A stretch of 64,000 bases of DNA from positions 290,718,001 to 290,782,000 of the forward strand of contig OZ024742.1 of assembly GCA_964016885.1 (NCBI GenBank), in the 5' to 3' direction. The first letter of the stretch is position 1. Each line of letters opens with the position of its first letter. Positions 13,901 to 25,900 of the stretch are shown here, piece by piece. This DNA is from Eledone cirrhosa (lineage: Eukaryota). Under the pieces are notes generated by a model. That model was not told the origin of the DNA and made no database searches. It was given only the letters and a program-made list of their open reading frames with translations. Position numbers and translations under genes: made by a program.

Positions 13901-16900
13901 CATAACCCTTAATTAAGAAACACCAGTTTAACCCTTTAGCATTCACATTAATTTTCAAATGTCATGCGTATCTATTTGCCTTTCATCCTTACGGGGTCGA
14001 TAAAATAAAGTACCAGTAATGTACTGGGTATTTGCTGGCCTTGTGCCAAATGTAGAAACAATTATTTTGAGTTAATTATACTCAAGAGGGTTATCAATTT
14101 TAGCAGATTTGAAATTTTGTCAGCAGATGTTAAAATATTAATAATTTAGAATTGTATATTTTTACTGATATTTGTTTGTTAAATTTGACTTTTATGGGCA
14201 GGTGAAATTAATTAACAGGTGTAAAAGTAATGACTTTATGGATAATCACAAAAATTTAAATTTATCTAACTTACCTGTTAGATTTGTTACAAAAAATATC
14301 CAACAATGACCTAGATGTTGACTTCCAACAATTTTAGCACTTTTCCAAACAGGTGAATTAATTTAAAATGCAGTATAATCAGTGCACGGTTTTAGTCTGT
14401 CTCTACGTTTTATGCAAATATTTTCATTGAAAAAAATGTATAAAACCCTCTCCCCAGTCAAACTAATATTGGCAATGTACTCTTACACAATGTACTCAGT
14501 AGATTTAAAAAGAATGTGCTCAATATTTAAGTTCATTATCAGGTGTGACACAGGTGAATGCAGGTGTTTTTGTATCTAATGTGCTCCAATATATTTTTTA
14601 AATATTCTTTTCAATATTGTCAGACAATATTCCTATCATGATATTGGCCAAAACAGCCTTTACATAATGGCACTTTGCAAAAGGAACACATAAACATGAG
14701 GTTTCAATTGGATAACCTTTAGCAGTTTTTCTCTTTTGTAAAGAGCACATTCGGCAAACCTTCCTCCCATCAATTTTCTCCACTTTATGAAAATCAATAT
14801 TTCTTTGTTCGCCTCAGATAATTTTGACTTTCTCCCAGCTTTGTGTTTGCGAGAAGTATATCCTCCACGCAGCTGAGATGCGACATCCACACAAAATTTC
14901 ACGTGGCAGTAGTCCTTTGGTGGTGGCGGATCCTTGTGGCTTTTAGTGAATACAATAAAAGAATTCACAATGGTTAAATTCACTAAAAACCACAAGATAT
15001 ATCTCCACCATTTCTTCCCAGGGCGTCCAACTGGGTAATATGTGCAATATTGGTCGGATTTGTCAACCCCGCCCATACATTTATTATAGGAGAGGTTGAC
15101 TAAAGGTTTACTTTCAGCCCCAACTCCTGGTTGTTGGTTAGAAGATAGGAACAAAATTTGCCGTTTGTCTTTGTACAATGTGGCTAACATGTTCCCTTTT
15201 TGCACTTGGAGAGTCTCCCCTCTCTTTTTAAATTTTGTGATTTTTATTTCTTGGGGTAGCCCTTTGCGATTCCCCATTATTGTACAGCAGGTGTACGTAT
15301 TTACGAGGGCAAGATCCTCTGCTAGAAGCACTAAAGAAAAAAAACGGTCAAAATCTATGTGTCTGTGTTGAGAGTGGAATGGTTCAGTCAGAGACCACAC
15401 AACATCATACCCCAATCTATTTTTTCTCTCTCCGTTGTGTTTCTTTCCTGGGTAAACATCAAAGTTTGCACAGTAGCCTGTGTCCGATGAGGTTAGAAAA
15501 AGCTATCTCACTTACCGCTTTTCATAGGCGCCGCTAAATCCCACTGCTGGTTTCTCCTCTTCCACGTGCGTTCAACTTCTTAACACCGGGAGCTGCCAAA
15601 ACTCGCATCACACTGTTGCTGGTCACCACTAGAGAGAGACCCATCTGCTGGCCCTTCCCGTCGAGCATCCTTCCTGCGAAGCACCCTTCCGGTCGAGCAC
15701 TCGCCCGCTTCCGGCCACCGCACGCCACACCATACCCACACGCCCCCCTGATCTCAAGGATCAATTTCCCCCTCGTCCTTCTGCATATGAAAGTCTGCTG
15801 TCCAGGTTGGTGGTTTACGACTTCTTTGCGATCTCCGCAGTGTTGGGGCAGCACTTTGGGTTTTCTCTTCCTCGGAGTCTGTTCACACAGTGATTCTATG
15901 GACATCCAGGACATGACGTGGCACTCCGTCCACGGACACATTGTTCTGGGAATTTACGGCCGTCACCGTTCCCCTTCCCCATTGAGATGTGCAACGTGCA
16001 CCTGGGGGCTTAACCCAGACTTCTTCGCCCACCTGCACGAATGCACTCTCTCTCCCCACTGGCCGTTGTGCACGGGCTCGCCACTCGTATCTGAATACTG
16101 CTCTGTGTGGCACCGATTCCTCGACCTGTCCCACCTGAGGGAACATGTTGTACCAGAACACTGCCTCCATTGGTGAGATATGGCCCCGCTCCGCCATTGC
16201 CTTGATCGTCTGGTGGTGTCGCTCCACAATTCCATTCCCGCTCGGCCTGTGCGCTGCTCTGAAGAAACGGTCCACCTTCCATCCATCGAGCATCTCCCTC
16301 AGCGCCTCCGAGCGGAACGCTGCGCTGTTGTCCATCAGCAGTTCGTCCACAGGGACCCGCTCCAAGAACACCTCTCTCAACGTCCGCATGATTTCCTCGG
16401 CCGTTCCAGTCTTCATCTCCCTCCATATCGCCATCCGTCCTGGTCCACAGTCGACCATCGAAAGGTACGTTCCCTGTCAGTAGTGCGTTACATCCACCTG
16501 CAATAGCTTCCAGTCGCGATACACCGGGAGGCTTCCCGTTTCGTGCACACCCGGGGTGGGATCAATGGACTGACATCGGACGCAGCCTCTAACCACCCTT
16601 TGAACACTGTGTCTGTTAACGTCCGAGTCGATTCTCCTGGCTAGGAACAGGCTCCTATCCACTCCCTTGTGGTGCATGTCATGCAACCCTTTCAGATCCG
16701 ACTCGGTCAGCTGACACACGGCAGCTATCTCATCTTCTACCTCCTCCGTCGCTTCCATCCAGGCTTTCTTCACCCTAGTTAAGACGTCCGCCCTATTTTT
16801 CTCTGATGGCACAAAAACTACGCTCAGCCTCAGGTCGAACTCGGTGGCCAGCTCTCCTAAAATTCCCAGGCAGCGCTTTATCAGCATCTCCGCCGCCCCT

Positions 16901-19900
16901 CTCGTTCGCACTCTCTTCTCACCCATCCGAGTACAGTAGCCGAGTCGGTGCGTATCTCAATAGTGCGCAGTCTCCACCTCAGGGCGAGGTTCACCCCTCT
17001 CAACACTGCGTCCAGTTCGGCCACATTGATGTGGTTGCAGTCGTCCTTCTTCCTAAGCCAGGCTGCATCCTCGACCTCAACACCTCCTATCTCCAACATG
17101 ACACCCAGCGCTATGCTGCTGGCATTGCACCATACGGTCCCGCTCTGCGATTTGGGAACATACCAGCGTCCCCGCACTGGGTCGTCGGCCTTCACCCACC
17201 CCACGATCTCCTGCATCATGGCCACCGTCCTCTCTCCCACTCTGTCACTCCAAGTCACTCCTCTCGCTCGTCTCTTGACATAGCTGCATGCCGTCCGGAG
17301 CCACCCAGCAATCGGGTAGTGACCCACCAACTTTCCACACACCGAGAAAAGCACCTGCCTACTCATACTTGGACCCAGTTCTGGAACTTCATTTCCCTTC
17401 TGGAATACCAAGACGCCGTCCTGTCTCGCCGTAGCCTAAGTCCCGGCGCGGCTCCTCCCTCCTAAGCTTCTGAGGGCTTCACAGCCAGTCCATACCCCTG
17501 TAAATGGCTTGTGACCTCCGCCGCCGACACCACAGACTTGTCCACTAGGACGTCATCAATATAGAAGTTAGTGGCCCTCTTCATCTTGTCGGCCTTTCCC
17601 AGAATGGTCTTGAGGACCGCCGCCATGATCTTCAGTGCGGAGCTCAGCCCAAAACCGAGCCTGGTCAGGCAATATGTCCGGCCCTTATACCTGACCAGCT
17701 GATACTGCCAAAGCTTCTCATCTATATGCTATTGCAAGTATGCCGACTTTAGATATACGATTGCTGAACCCTCCGTCATGCGTCTCCAATCACGCAGGGT
17801 TTCCCCACAGACATCCGTGACCTCGCAACCCGTGTGGCATGACACGTGCTCGTTCAGTTCCCGAAAGTCCAGCATCGGCATCACCTTGTTCTTCGTGGGT
17901 TTCGCCATCGCCATTAATGGCAATACTCCGCACTTCACCTCCTCTTTCCAGGGAAGCAGTATGCCCTCCCCAATCCATCTCTCTACCTCTCGCTCGAACT
18001 TTCTCCTAATGTTTCCCTTCAATGTGTGTTGATAGCAGCCCACTTTGGACTTCAGTGTTGGTGGTTCTCCCTTCCAGTACCACTCAACAACCCATCGAAC
18101 ACGGCCTTGAAGTCTTTGTCCTGCACAGTGTAAGTGGGGTATTTCTCCTCGTGGGCCTTCTGGTTATCCTGTCGCGCACTCACAGCGCATACCGATGCAG
18201 CGACGCCAAACGACACACCGACGTTGTTCACTGTGACGCCTCCTAGACGGCCAATTGCGTCCATGCACATAACCACGCCGATCCCATCCACCACGCTGTC
18301 TACTACGATGGCAGAAAGCCTTAATTTCCTTCGCCGTACCGCTATTTCCATCTCGCTGCGACCTTGGCATTCAATTTTCCTGCCATCGACTGCCCTTACG
18401 CTGCTCTTCCCTCTCCACCTCTGCACCACCCCTGCGGTCACCAGTGTCGTCGTACAGCCCATGTCCACGAGGGCTCGCTCTGGCTTTCCCGTCACGAAGA
18501 CTTCCACCACGGGCAGCGCCTCTACTCGTAAGAAGCAACTACCGGCGCAGTAGTTCCCCTTGGATCATTTCCCTGGTAGCAGTTAGTAGCGATGTGGCCT
18601 GGTCGCTTATACCGGTAGCATATTATTTCCGGCCTTGACTCTCTGCAGTCTCTAGCCATGTGCGGACCCTGGCACCGAAAACAGCGACCTCTAAACGTTC
18701 GCGGGCGACCGCGTGCCGTGGTTGCCTCCCTTTCACCATTTCGCTGCCAGCTGTCTTGAGCCTCTGTAGTTGCTATCGCCGCGACATTCTTCTTGGCATC
18801 TTCTGCTATGATCCGGGCTTGTTCCACCAGTGAACGCATTTCCATTTCTTTGTAACCTGGGACTTGCTGCAGTTTCACCGCTTTGTCGTCTGGAAATCCA
18901 TTTATGAAGGCCAACCGCACCGTGCATTCACATTCCACCTGATATCCAGCCAACATGGCCAATTGCCGTATTTCCGCTGCAATCGAAAGGTTGTGAGTTC
19001 AATTCTCAGACTGAGTGATGTGTTGTTTCCTTGAGTAAGACACTTTATTTCACATTGCTCCAGTTTACTCAGCTGTAGAAATGAGATGATAGGGACTGGG
19101 GTCCCTATCATTCTACTGTAAAGTGGACGTGTAGGTGCCACGGAAAAAAAAAAGCACCCAGCACTCACTGTAAATGAGGTTAGTGTTAGGAAGGCCATCC
19201 AGCTGTAGAAATCAAGCCAGAATCAGTTCCCGTCCCACCCTTGCAAGCAGGGAAAAAGCGGACGTATAATGAAATGATGATGATGATGATATTGTCTGAA
19301 ATGTACTCTACCCTTATACCCAATCATAGCTTCATCAACACTAAGATTTTTCCCAGGTATATATACTGTTTTAAATTTTTCACATAGTATTTTAATTAAT
19401 GGTTGAACTTTATAAAGAGGGTCATAATTCAATTCATTTCTATCGGGGACATTTGAAGTATCAACCAGATGCAAATACTGGTTTAATTTTAAATACCTTG
19501 TTTTTGCCATAATACTTGATATATAAGGGTCACTAAACCTTATATCAGTGCTCCAGTAATTCCATAGTCTTGGAAATTGTTTTATACCAAACATAATATT
19601 TATGGTAAAAAACGCTTGCATCTCCGCAGCATCTGTCAGTCACCATAACAGATCGGGTTTTCTTCGATTTGAAATTTGTTGTTGGGCATATCAATTAGTT
19701 TCTTTTGCCACAACTTTGAAGAAAGTTTGTGGCAAAAACAAAAAGAAATAATCCAGTGCTTTAGCATCAAGAGGTAATGTGTGTTGTGGACCAGTATTTT
19801 CAATAAAATCGGAAACATGTATAGGTGTGGTATTTGTCGACCACGTTGCTGTAATATCTTCAATGGCGTCCTGGAGATCTCCTTTGTTTTCACTTTCAAA

Positions 19901-22900
19901 ACAACAATCATCATCGGATGAAATTTCAGAAATGTAAACATCTGATTGATTTGAGGATAAATCACTAATATTATCTTTTGTTTCATCGTGTGTAAAACCT
20001 TCAAAGTCGGTATCGCTACTTTCACAAGCCATGTTGATACACACAAAAAAAATCAGTTCTACTTTCAATGTTAAAAAAACACGTGTTGTTTCAAGTTGTT
20101 TCACTATGTTAAGTGTTAATTTTTGCAATAATTGCCTAATCTTGCAGTAATCTCGAATTGACGAGATTTTGATGACGTATTGTTTATTTTTAGAACAATA
20201 TTTTAGTGTGGGTATTATTGGCCGTTTGGGGCCGGATTGAACAAATGAAGAAGAAATAATTGCGGCCGGTTTGGACTGGTTTGAACACTAAAGGGTTAAT
20301 AATCTCTTCTTTTTACTCCTTTTGTCCTTAATATCTGCTTTGTGTGTATTGTGGAAGGAGATAACTGTGAATGATATGTTTCTAGGTCATGTGATTAGAA
20401 GCTATATCAGACTATTGGTGATGGTCAATGTGACATTCTTGAAGGGATTTCTTCATAGAATCCTTGTATCTTTCTTAATGTAATTACATTAATGACACCA
20501 GTCTTCCAATACTCTATATATGAGTCTAATAATACTAACATAATTATTACCTCCTCCTACTCCTTCTCTTCATCATCATCATTTAACATCTATTTTCCCT
20601 GCTTAGGTTGGACGGGTTGTCACAGACTAAGTATGTACTTAGTTGATGCCATTAACCTTTCAGACAAGTTGGGAAACTAAATCTTGCTTACATACATTCC
20701 CGCATTGGGTGTCTTATTTTGGGACAGCAATAAAGAGGTTGCATGTCTTTGACATGACTAATAAATCCTCTTGACCCTTTGTTTAGTAATTTCTTTTTTT
20801 CAGCTTGATACCCTTTCTTTCACCAACTAGTTCACAGAATATACCGTATGCATTTTATCAAGCCACTAATACTACAGAGATTGATCTGTCATTGACACAA
20901 CTGACGAGTCCTTTTGACACATAACAACAATATGTAATTATTTTCAGTGTCCAAATTTCTTAGCTGTTACCCTAATTTACTCTTGTAGGTTGATGTTATT
21001 GTTAACAGCACCAATAAAGAACTCAATCTTAATTCTGGTGGTATCTCCAAATTTATTTTGCAAACTGCTGGTCCACAGATACAAGAAGAGTGCAATGCAA
21101 ATTATCCTCAAGGTATTTCTACATCTACAATAGCCGTCACAAAGGGCTATAACCTGAAATGTGAATATGTATTTCATGTTTGTTTACCTGAATGGCATAA
21201 AGATAAATCTGATGAAGTAAGTATCAATTAAATACCATATCATCACCATCATCAACGTCTCCCCCACCACCACAACCCCCACCACCACAACCCCCACCAC
21301 CACCACCATTGACATTATTGCCATCATTATTTTCCATTCATTTGGGCGGTGGATTAGCAGTATCGGTAGAGAGTCGGACGCCATGCTTTCCAGTATAGTT
21401 ACGTCCCTTTACGGTCTGAGTTCAAATCCCGCCGACGTTAACTTTGTCTTTCATCCTATGGGATCGATAAAATAAAGTACCAGTAATGTACTGGGTAATT
21501 TACTGGTCTTGTGCCAAAAGTAGAAACAGTTATTTTCCATTCACTTTCAATGTTGACATAGGTTGGACAGATTGTCAGGGTTTGAGCTTTAAGAATCTCT
21601 TCAACAAACATAACACTAGAATACTGGTTACCAAAGTAAGTTTTCTGGGTTGTCTCCAATGATTTTTTAGAAAACTAGAATTAGTCCTTTAGTTTACATA
21701 TTGAGACACCAAACCATCGTATTCATTCTATAATGTATGGGATTTCTAGTAATGAATTTTTTCTTGCCATGTATAATGTTTTTTAATGTCTAAAGAAAAT
21801 TAATTGTCGCAGGAATGCTACCACTTAAAATAAAATTTCACCAGGGATAGATTATGAAAATTTAATAAGCAGGGGATTGGAAAAAATCTGAAAAATTAAT
21901 AAGTGGTGGGGATTGATTATTTGAGACACCTGAGAATATATGAATTAAATGTATACAAACTACAAGACAGATGAACACGTAATCATAAATTTGCATCACA
22001 CCAAACCATAAATTAACAGTTACAATGTACTAAAATGAATAAACTCCTTATTAACAGTATACAAACCTAGAAATGAATAACACGATTTATTCATTTGGTT
22101 ACAAAAATGAAAGTTATAAACTTCATGAAAGCAACTGTTACATTGGCCATTAATGTATAACACACACATGAATGCTCACCAAGCATTTACAAGAAGGAGA
22201 AATAGCAGCACACTACACCACACACCATAAAATAAAGCTGGATAGGAGAACATTAATGAGAATACATCTGTATTATAGAGGATTCTAAACAAAAAAAAAA
22301 ACATTTAATCATGGAAGAGATCAATATACATCATCATCATCATTGTCGTCATTTAAAGTCTATTTTCTCAGTCAAATGCTAATGAGACAAACAACATACA
22401 CATGTCATAAACATGAGACTTATCAGGTAGAAGTCTAATGGTCATATTTTAAGATTCATGTTCTGGTAAGAAAGCCATAGAATGCTGGAAAAGTAGGAAC
22501 TGCATAAAATTTCATAAAGTATATTTGCCTACTTAAAAGAGGCAGTAAAAGTAAACCAGCAACATTCCTCATAATGAGACTGTATATAATCATCATCATC
22601 ACTTTAAATCTAATTTTCCACGCTGGGTCAGATGGGTCCTTTTCAGCACAGCCACTTTCTACTTGCTGCAATCTTTTATTGTCTCTACTATGAGTTTCAG
22701 TGATTTGAGATCAGCTCTTATGACTTCTGCTCAGGTCTTCCTTGGTTTACCTCCACTGTGGCTTCCTTCCACTGGGATTTCTTGGCACTTCTTCACCTAG
22801 CAATCATCATCTATTCACATCACATGTCTATACAAGCTCAGTCTTCTCTTCTGAATATATCTGTTTCCTCTTATACTTAGTTTCTATCTCAGTTCATAAA

Positions 22901-25900
22901 TGCTTAGTTTCTCATGCATATTAATATTGCACGTCCATGAAAGCATGATTACTTCATTTCTCTCCAGCCTTCACATACCCTCTGCAGTAACTGCTCATGT
23001 TTCACTACCAGGCAAGATTTTCAGATAGCATACAGGCATCATACACCTGACCTTTCATTCCTAGAGAGAAACAACTTCTTGTCAACAGGGGTAGTAACTC
23101 TCTAAACTTCTTCCATCCTGTTCTTATTCTAGTTACTATGCTCCTTGAACACCCACCTCCTCTGCTAATTTTGTCACCTAGATAGCAGTAGCTATTAACC
23201 ACCTCTACATATCCTACATAAAATTGAAAAGGGTGTATATCTTTGACACTCTTACTATCAATTTTCCCTGAACATCTATTACATACAGAGTCTTTTTTCT
23301 TGTTAGTCTGCCTGTTACCCTGCTACACTTTTTATGTACCAAAGATTTACATTGTGTTCATAGTATAGAATTTCTACCTACTCATTTTCTACATATCAAG
23401 CATGGCTATTTTCCCTGTGGGATCAGAACCTTGTCTTATTTTCTACTTATTAACACTTTGGTTCTTGCTACGTTTACTCACAGCTCTTTTGTTTCTAAGT
23501 TCTGTTTCCACAGACTAAAATTGTCCTCTAGTTCTTTTGTGGATTCAGCTATAAGAACCAGATCATTGGTATACAGAAATTCCCATGGGCAATCCATTTT
23601 AAACTCCTTTGTTATGGCCTGAAGGACAGAAGTTGGCTGAGATCTGAGTTCTGATGTACTCCTACCTGTACTTTAAATTCCTTGCTAAACTTACTTCCTA
23701 CTCGCACTTTACTAACAGCTCCTCTGTACATCACTTGCAATGCTCTCACAAGCCATTCTTCTACACCTAATTTCCTTAAGGGCCACCAGATGATAAATTG
23801 TGGTATTCTGGCAAAAGCTTTCTTCAGCTCAACAAAAGCTAGATGTAGAGGCTTACTCTTAGCTAAGAACTTCTCTTGTAGTTGTCTCATCTGTAGTACT
23901 CCTCCCTGGCACACAACATTGTTGGTTACTGCCTTGTTGGGACTTGCTGTACTGTTGGTTACTGCCTTGTTGGGACTTGCTGTACTGTTGGTTACTGCCT
24001 TGTTGGGACTTGCTGTATTGTTGGTTACTGCCTTGTTGGAACTTGCTGTACTGTTGGTTACTGCCTTGTTGGGACTTGCTGTACTGTTGGTTACTGCCTT
24101 GTTGGAACTTGCTGTACTGTTGGTTACTGCCTTGTTGGTTACTGCCTTGTTGGAACTTGCTGTACTGTTGGTTACTGCCTTGTTGGGACTTGCTGTATTG
24201 TTGGTTACTGCCTTGTTGGTTACTGCCTTGTTGGAACTTGCTGTACTGTTGGTTACTGCCTTGTTGGGACTTGCTGTACTGTTGGTTACTGCCTTGTTGG
24301 GACTTGCTGTATTGTTGGTTACTGCCTTGTTGGGACTTGCTGTACTGTTGGTTACTGCCTTGTTGGAACTTGCTGTACTGTTGGTTACTGCCTTGTTGGA
24401 ACTTGCTGTACTGTTGGTTACTGCCTTGTTGGAACTTGCTGTACTGTTGGTTACTGCCTTGTTGGGACTTGCTGTATTGTTGGTTACTGCCTTGTTGGAA
24501 CTTGCTGTACTGTTGGTTACTGCCTTGTTGGGACTTGCTGTACTGTTGGTTACTGCCTTGTTGGGACTTGCTGTATTGTTGGTTACTGCCTTGTTGGGAC
24601 TTGCTGTACTGTTGGTTACTGCCTTGTTGGGACTTGCTGTATTGTTGGTTACTGCCTTGTTGGTTACTACCTTGTTGGGACTTGCTGTACTGTTGGTTAC
24701 TGCCTTGTTGGAACTTGCTGTACTGTTGGTTGCTGCCTTGTTGGGACTTGCTGTACTGTTGGTTACTGCCTTGTTGGGACTTGCTGTACTGTTGGTTACT
24801 GCCTTGTTGGTTGCTGCCTTGTTGGAACTTGCTGTACTGTTGGTTACTGCCTTGTTGGGACTTGCTGTACTGTTGGTTACTGCCTTGTTGGTTGCTGCCT
24901 TGTTGGAACTTGCTGTACTGTTGGTTACTGCCTTGTTGGGACTTGCTGTACTGTTGGTTACTGCCTTGTTGGAACTTGCTGTACTGTTGGTTACTGCCTT
25001 GTTGGGACTTGCTGTACTGTTGGTTACTGCCTTGTTGGGACTTGCTGTACTGTTGGTTGCCTTGTTGGAACTTGCTGTATTGTTGGTTACTGCCTTGTTG
25101 GGACTTGCTGTATTGTTGGTTACTGCCTTGTTGGGACTTGCTGTATTGTTGGTTACTGCCTTGTTGGGACTTGCTGTACTGTTGGTTGCCTTGTTGGAAC
25201 TTGCTGTATTGTTGGTTACTGCCTTGTTGGAACTTGCTGTACTGTTGGTTACTGCCTTGTTGGGACTTGCTGTACTGTTGGTTACTGCCTTGTTGGAACT
25301 TGCTGTACTGTTGGTTACTGCCTTGTTGGTTACTACCTTGTTGGGAGTGACTTCCAAAAAACATGTCATAGTAAGATGTTAATTGCCAATTAACTCTAAA
25401 GGCCTTGTACTGCATGAAACTACGTTGGACAATTTTGAAATGTACAAAACAGCACTACGAGTGCAGAAAATAAAAAAAAGTATTTTACTACAATACTGCG
25501 AATGTTCATAATTATCATCATTATCATCATTGTTTAACGTCCATCTTCTATACTAGCATGGGTAGGACGGGCTGTCCCTTTGTGAGAGATCAGGTTGGAG
25601 AACTGTGATTTGCTGACACAGAACTGATTTTGACTTCATTTCTACGGTTGGATACCCTTCCTAATGCCAACCACATTTACAGTGTGTGCTGGGTGCTTTT
25701 TGTTGTGACATCTATACGACCTCTTTATAGTGAGGACTGAGTGCTTTTGTCGTGACACCTACATGACCACTATATAGCTCTTTCACAATGTATCCAGCAA
25801 TAAAGATACTATAAGTATGTGAATTAACAAACTTGTTTTTAGATATTTTCTGCTAAATCATTACAGGATGGCAAGAGTTAACATAACATCCTGTACCACA

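Larger units (their letters stand above)
13932..20295 (-). mobile_element. Full-length decayed piggyBac DNA transposon (PGBD4-like transposase) with nested insertions, unit 1
   Basis: TTAA at 13928-13931 and 20296-20299; ends CCCTTTAGCATTCA and TGAACACTAAAGGG (12/14 inverted match); transposase motifs SVDEAMIGYKGRVHFRQY, DFDRFFS, YNKCMGGVDKSDQ, KKWWRYILW and a Cys-rich C-terminus. Confidence 0.9.

Noticed and set aside
15616-18638. + strand ORFs over the Gypsy element
   Set aside because: Antisense shadows of GC-rich pol sequence with no domain motifs
19087-19110. Resemblance to a bacterial tet operator (TCCCTATCA)
   Set aside because: Half-sites are in the wrong arrangement and lie within a SINE; coincidental
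14598-20032. Domesticated PGBD gene
   Set aside because: Retains TIRs and TTAA TSD, and is broken by a stop, frameshifts and a 3.8-kb insertion
23919-25346. CRISPR-like array
   Set aside because: Contiguous tandem units with no unique spacers; eukaryotic context
23682-25382. Long + strand ORFs (LLVTALLGLAV)n and (CWLLPCWDLLY)n, and their unit-2 versions
   Set aside because: By-products of a stop-free 33-bp minisatellite; exons E and F join directly to form a complete macrodomain without them
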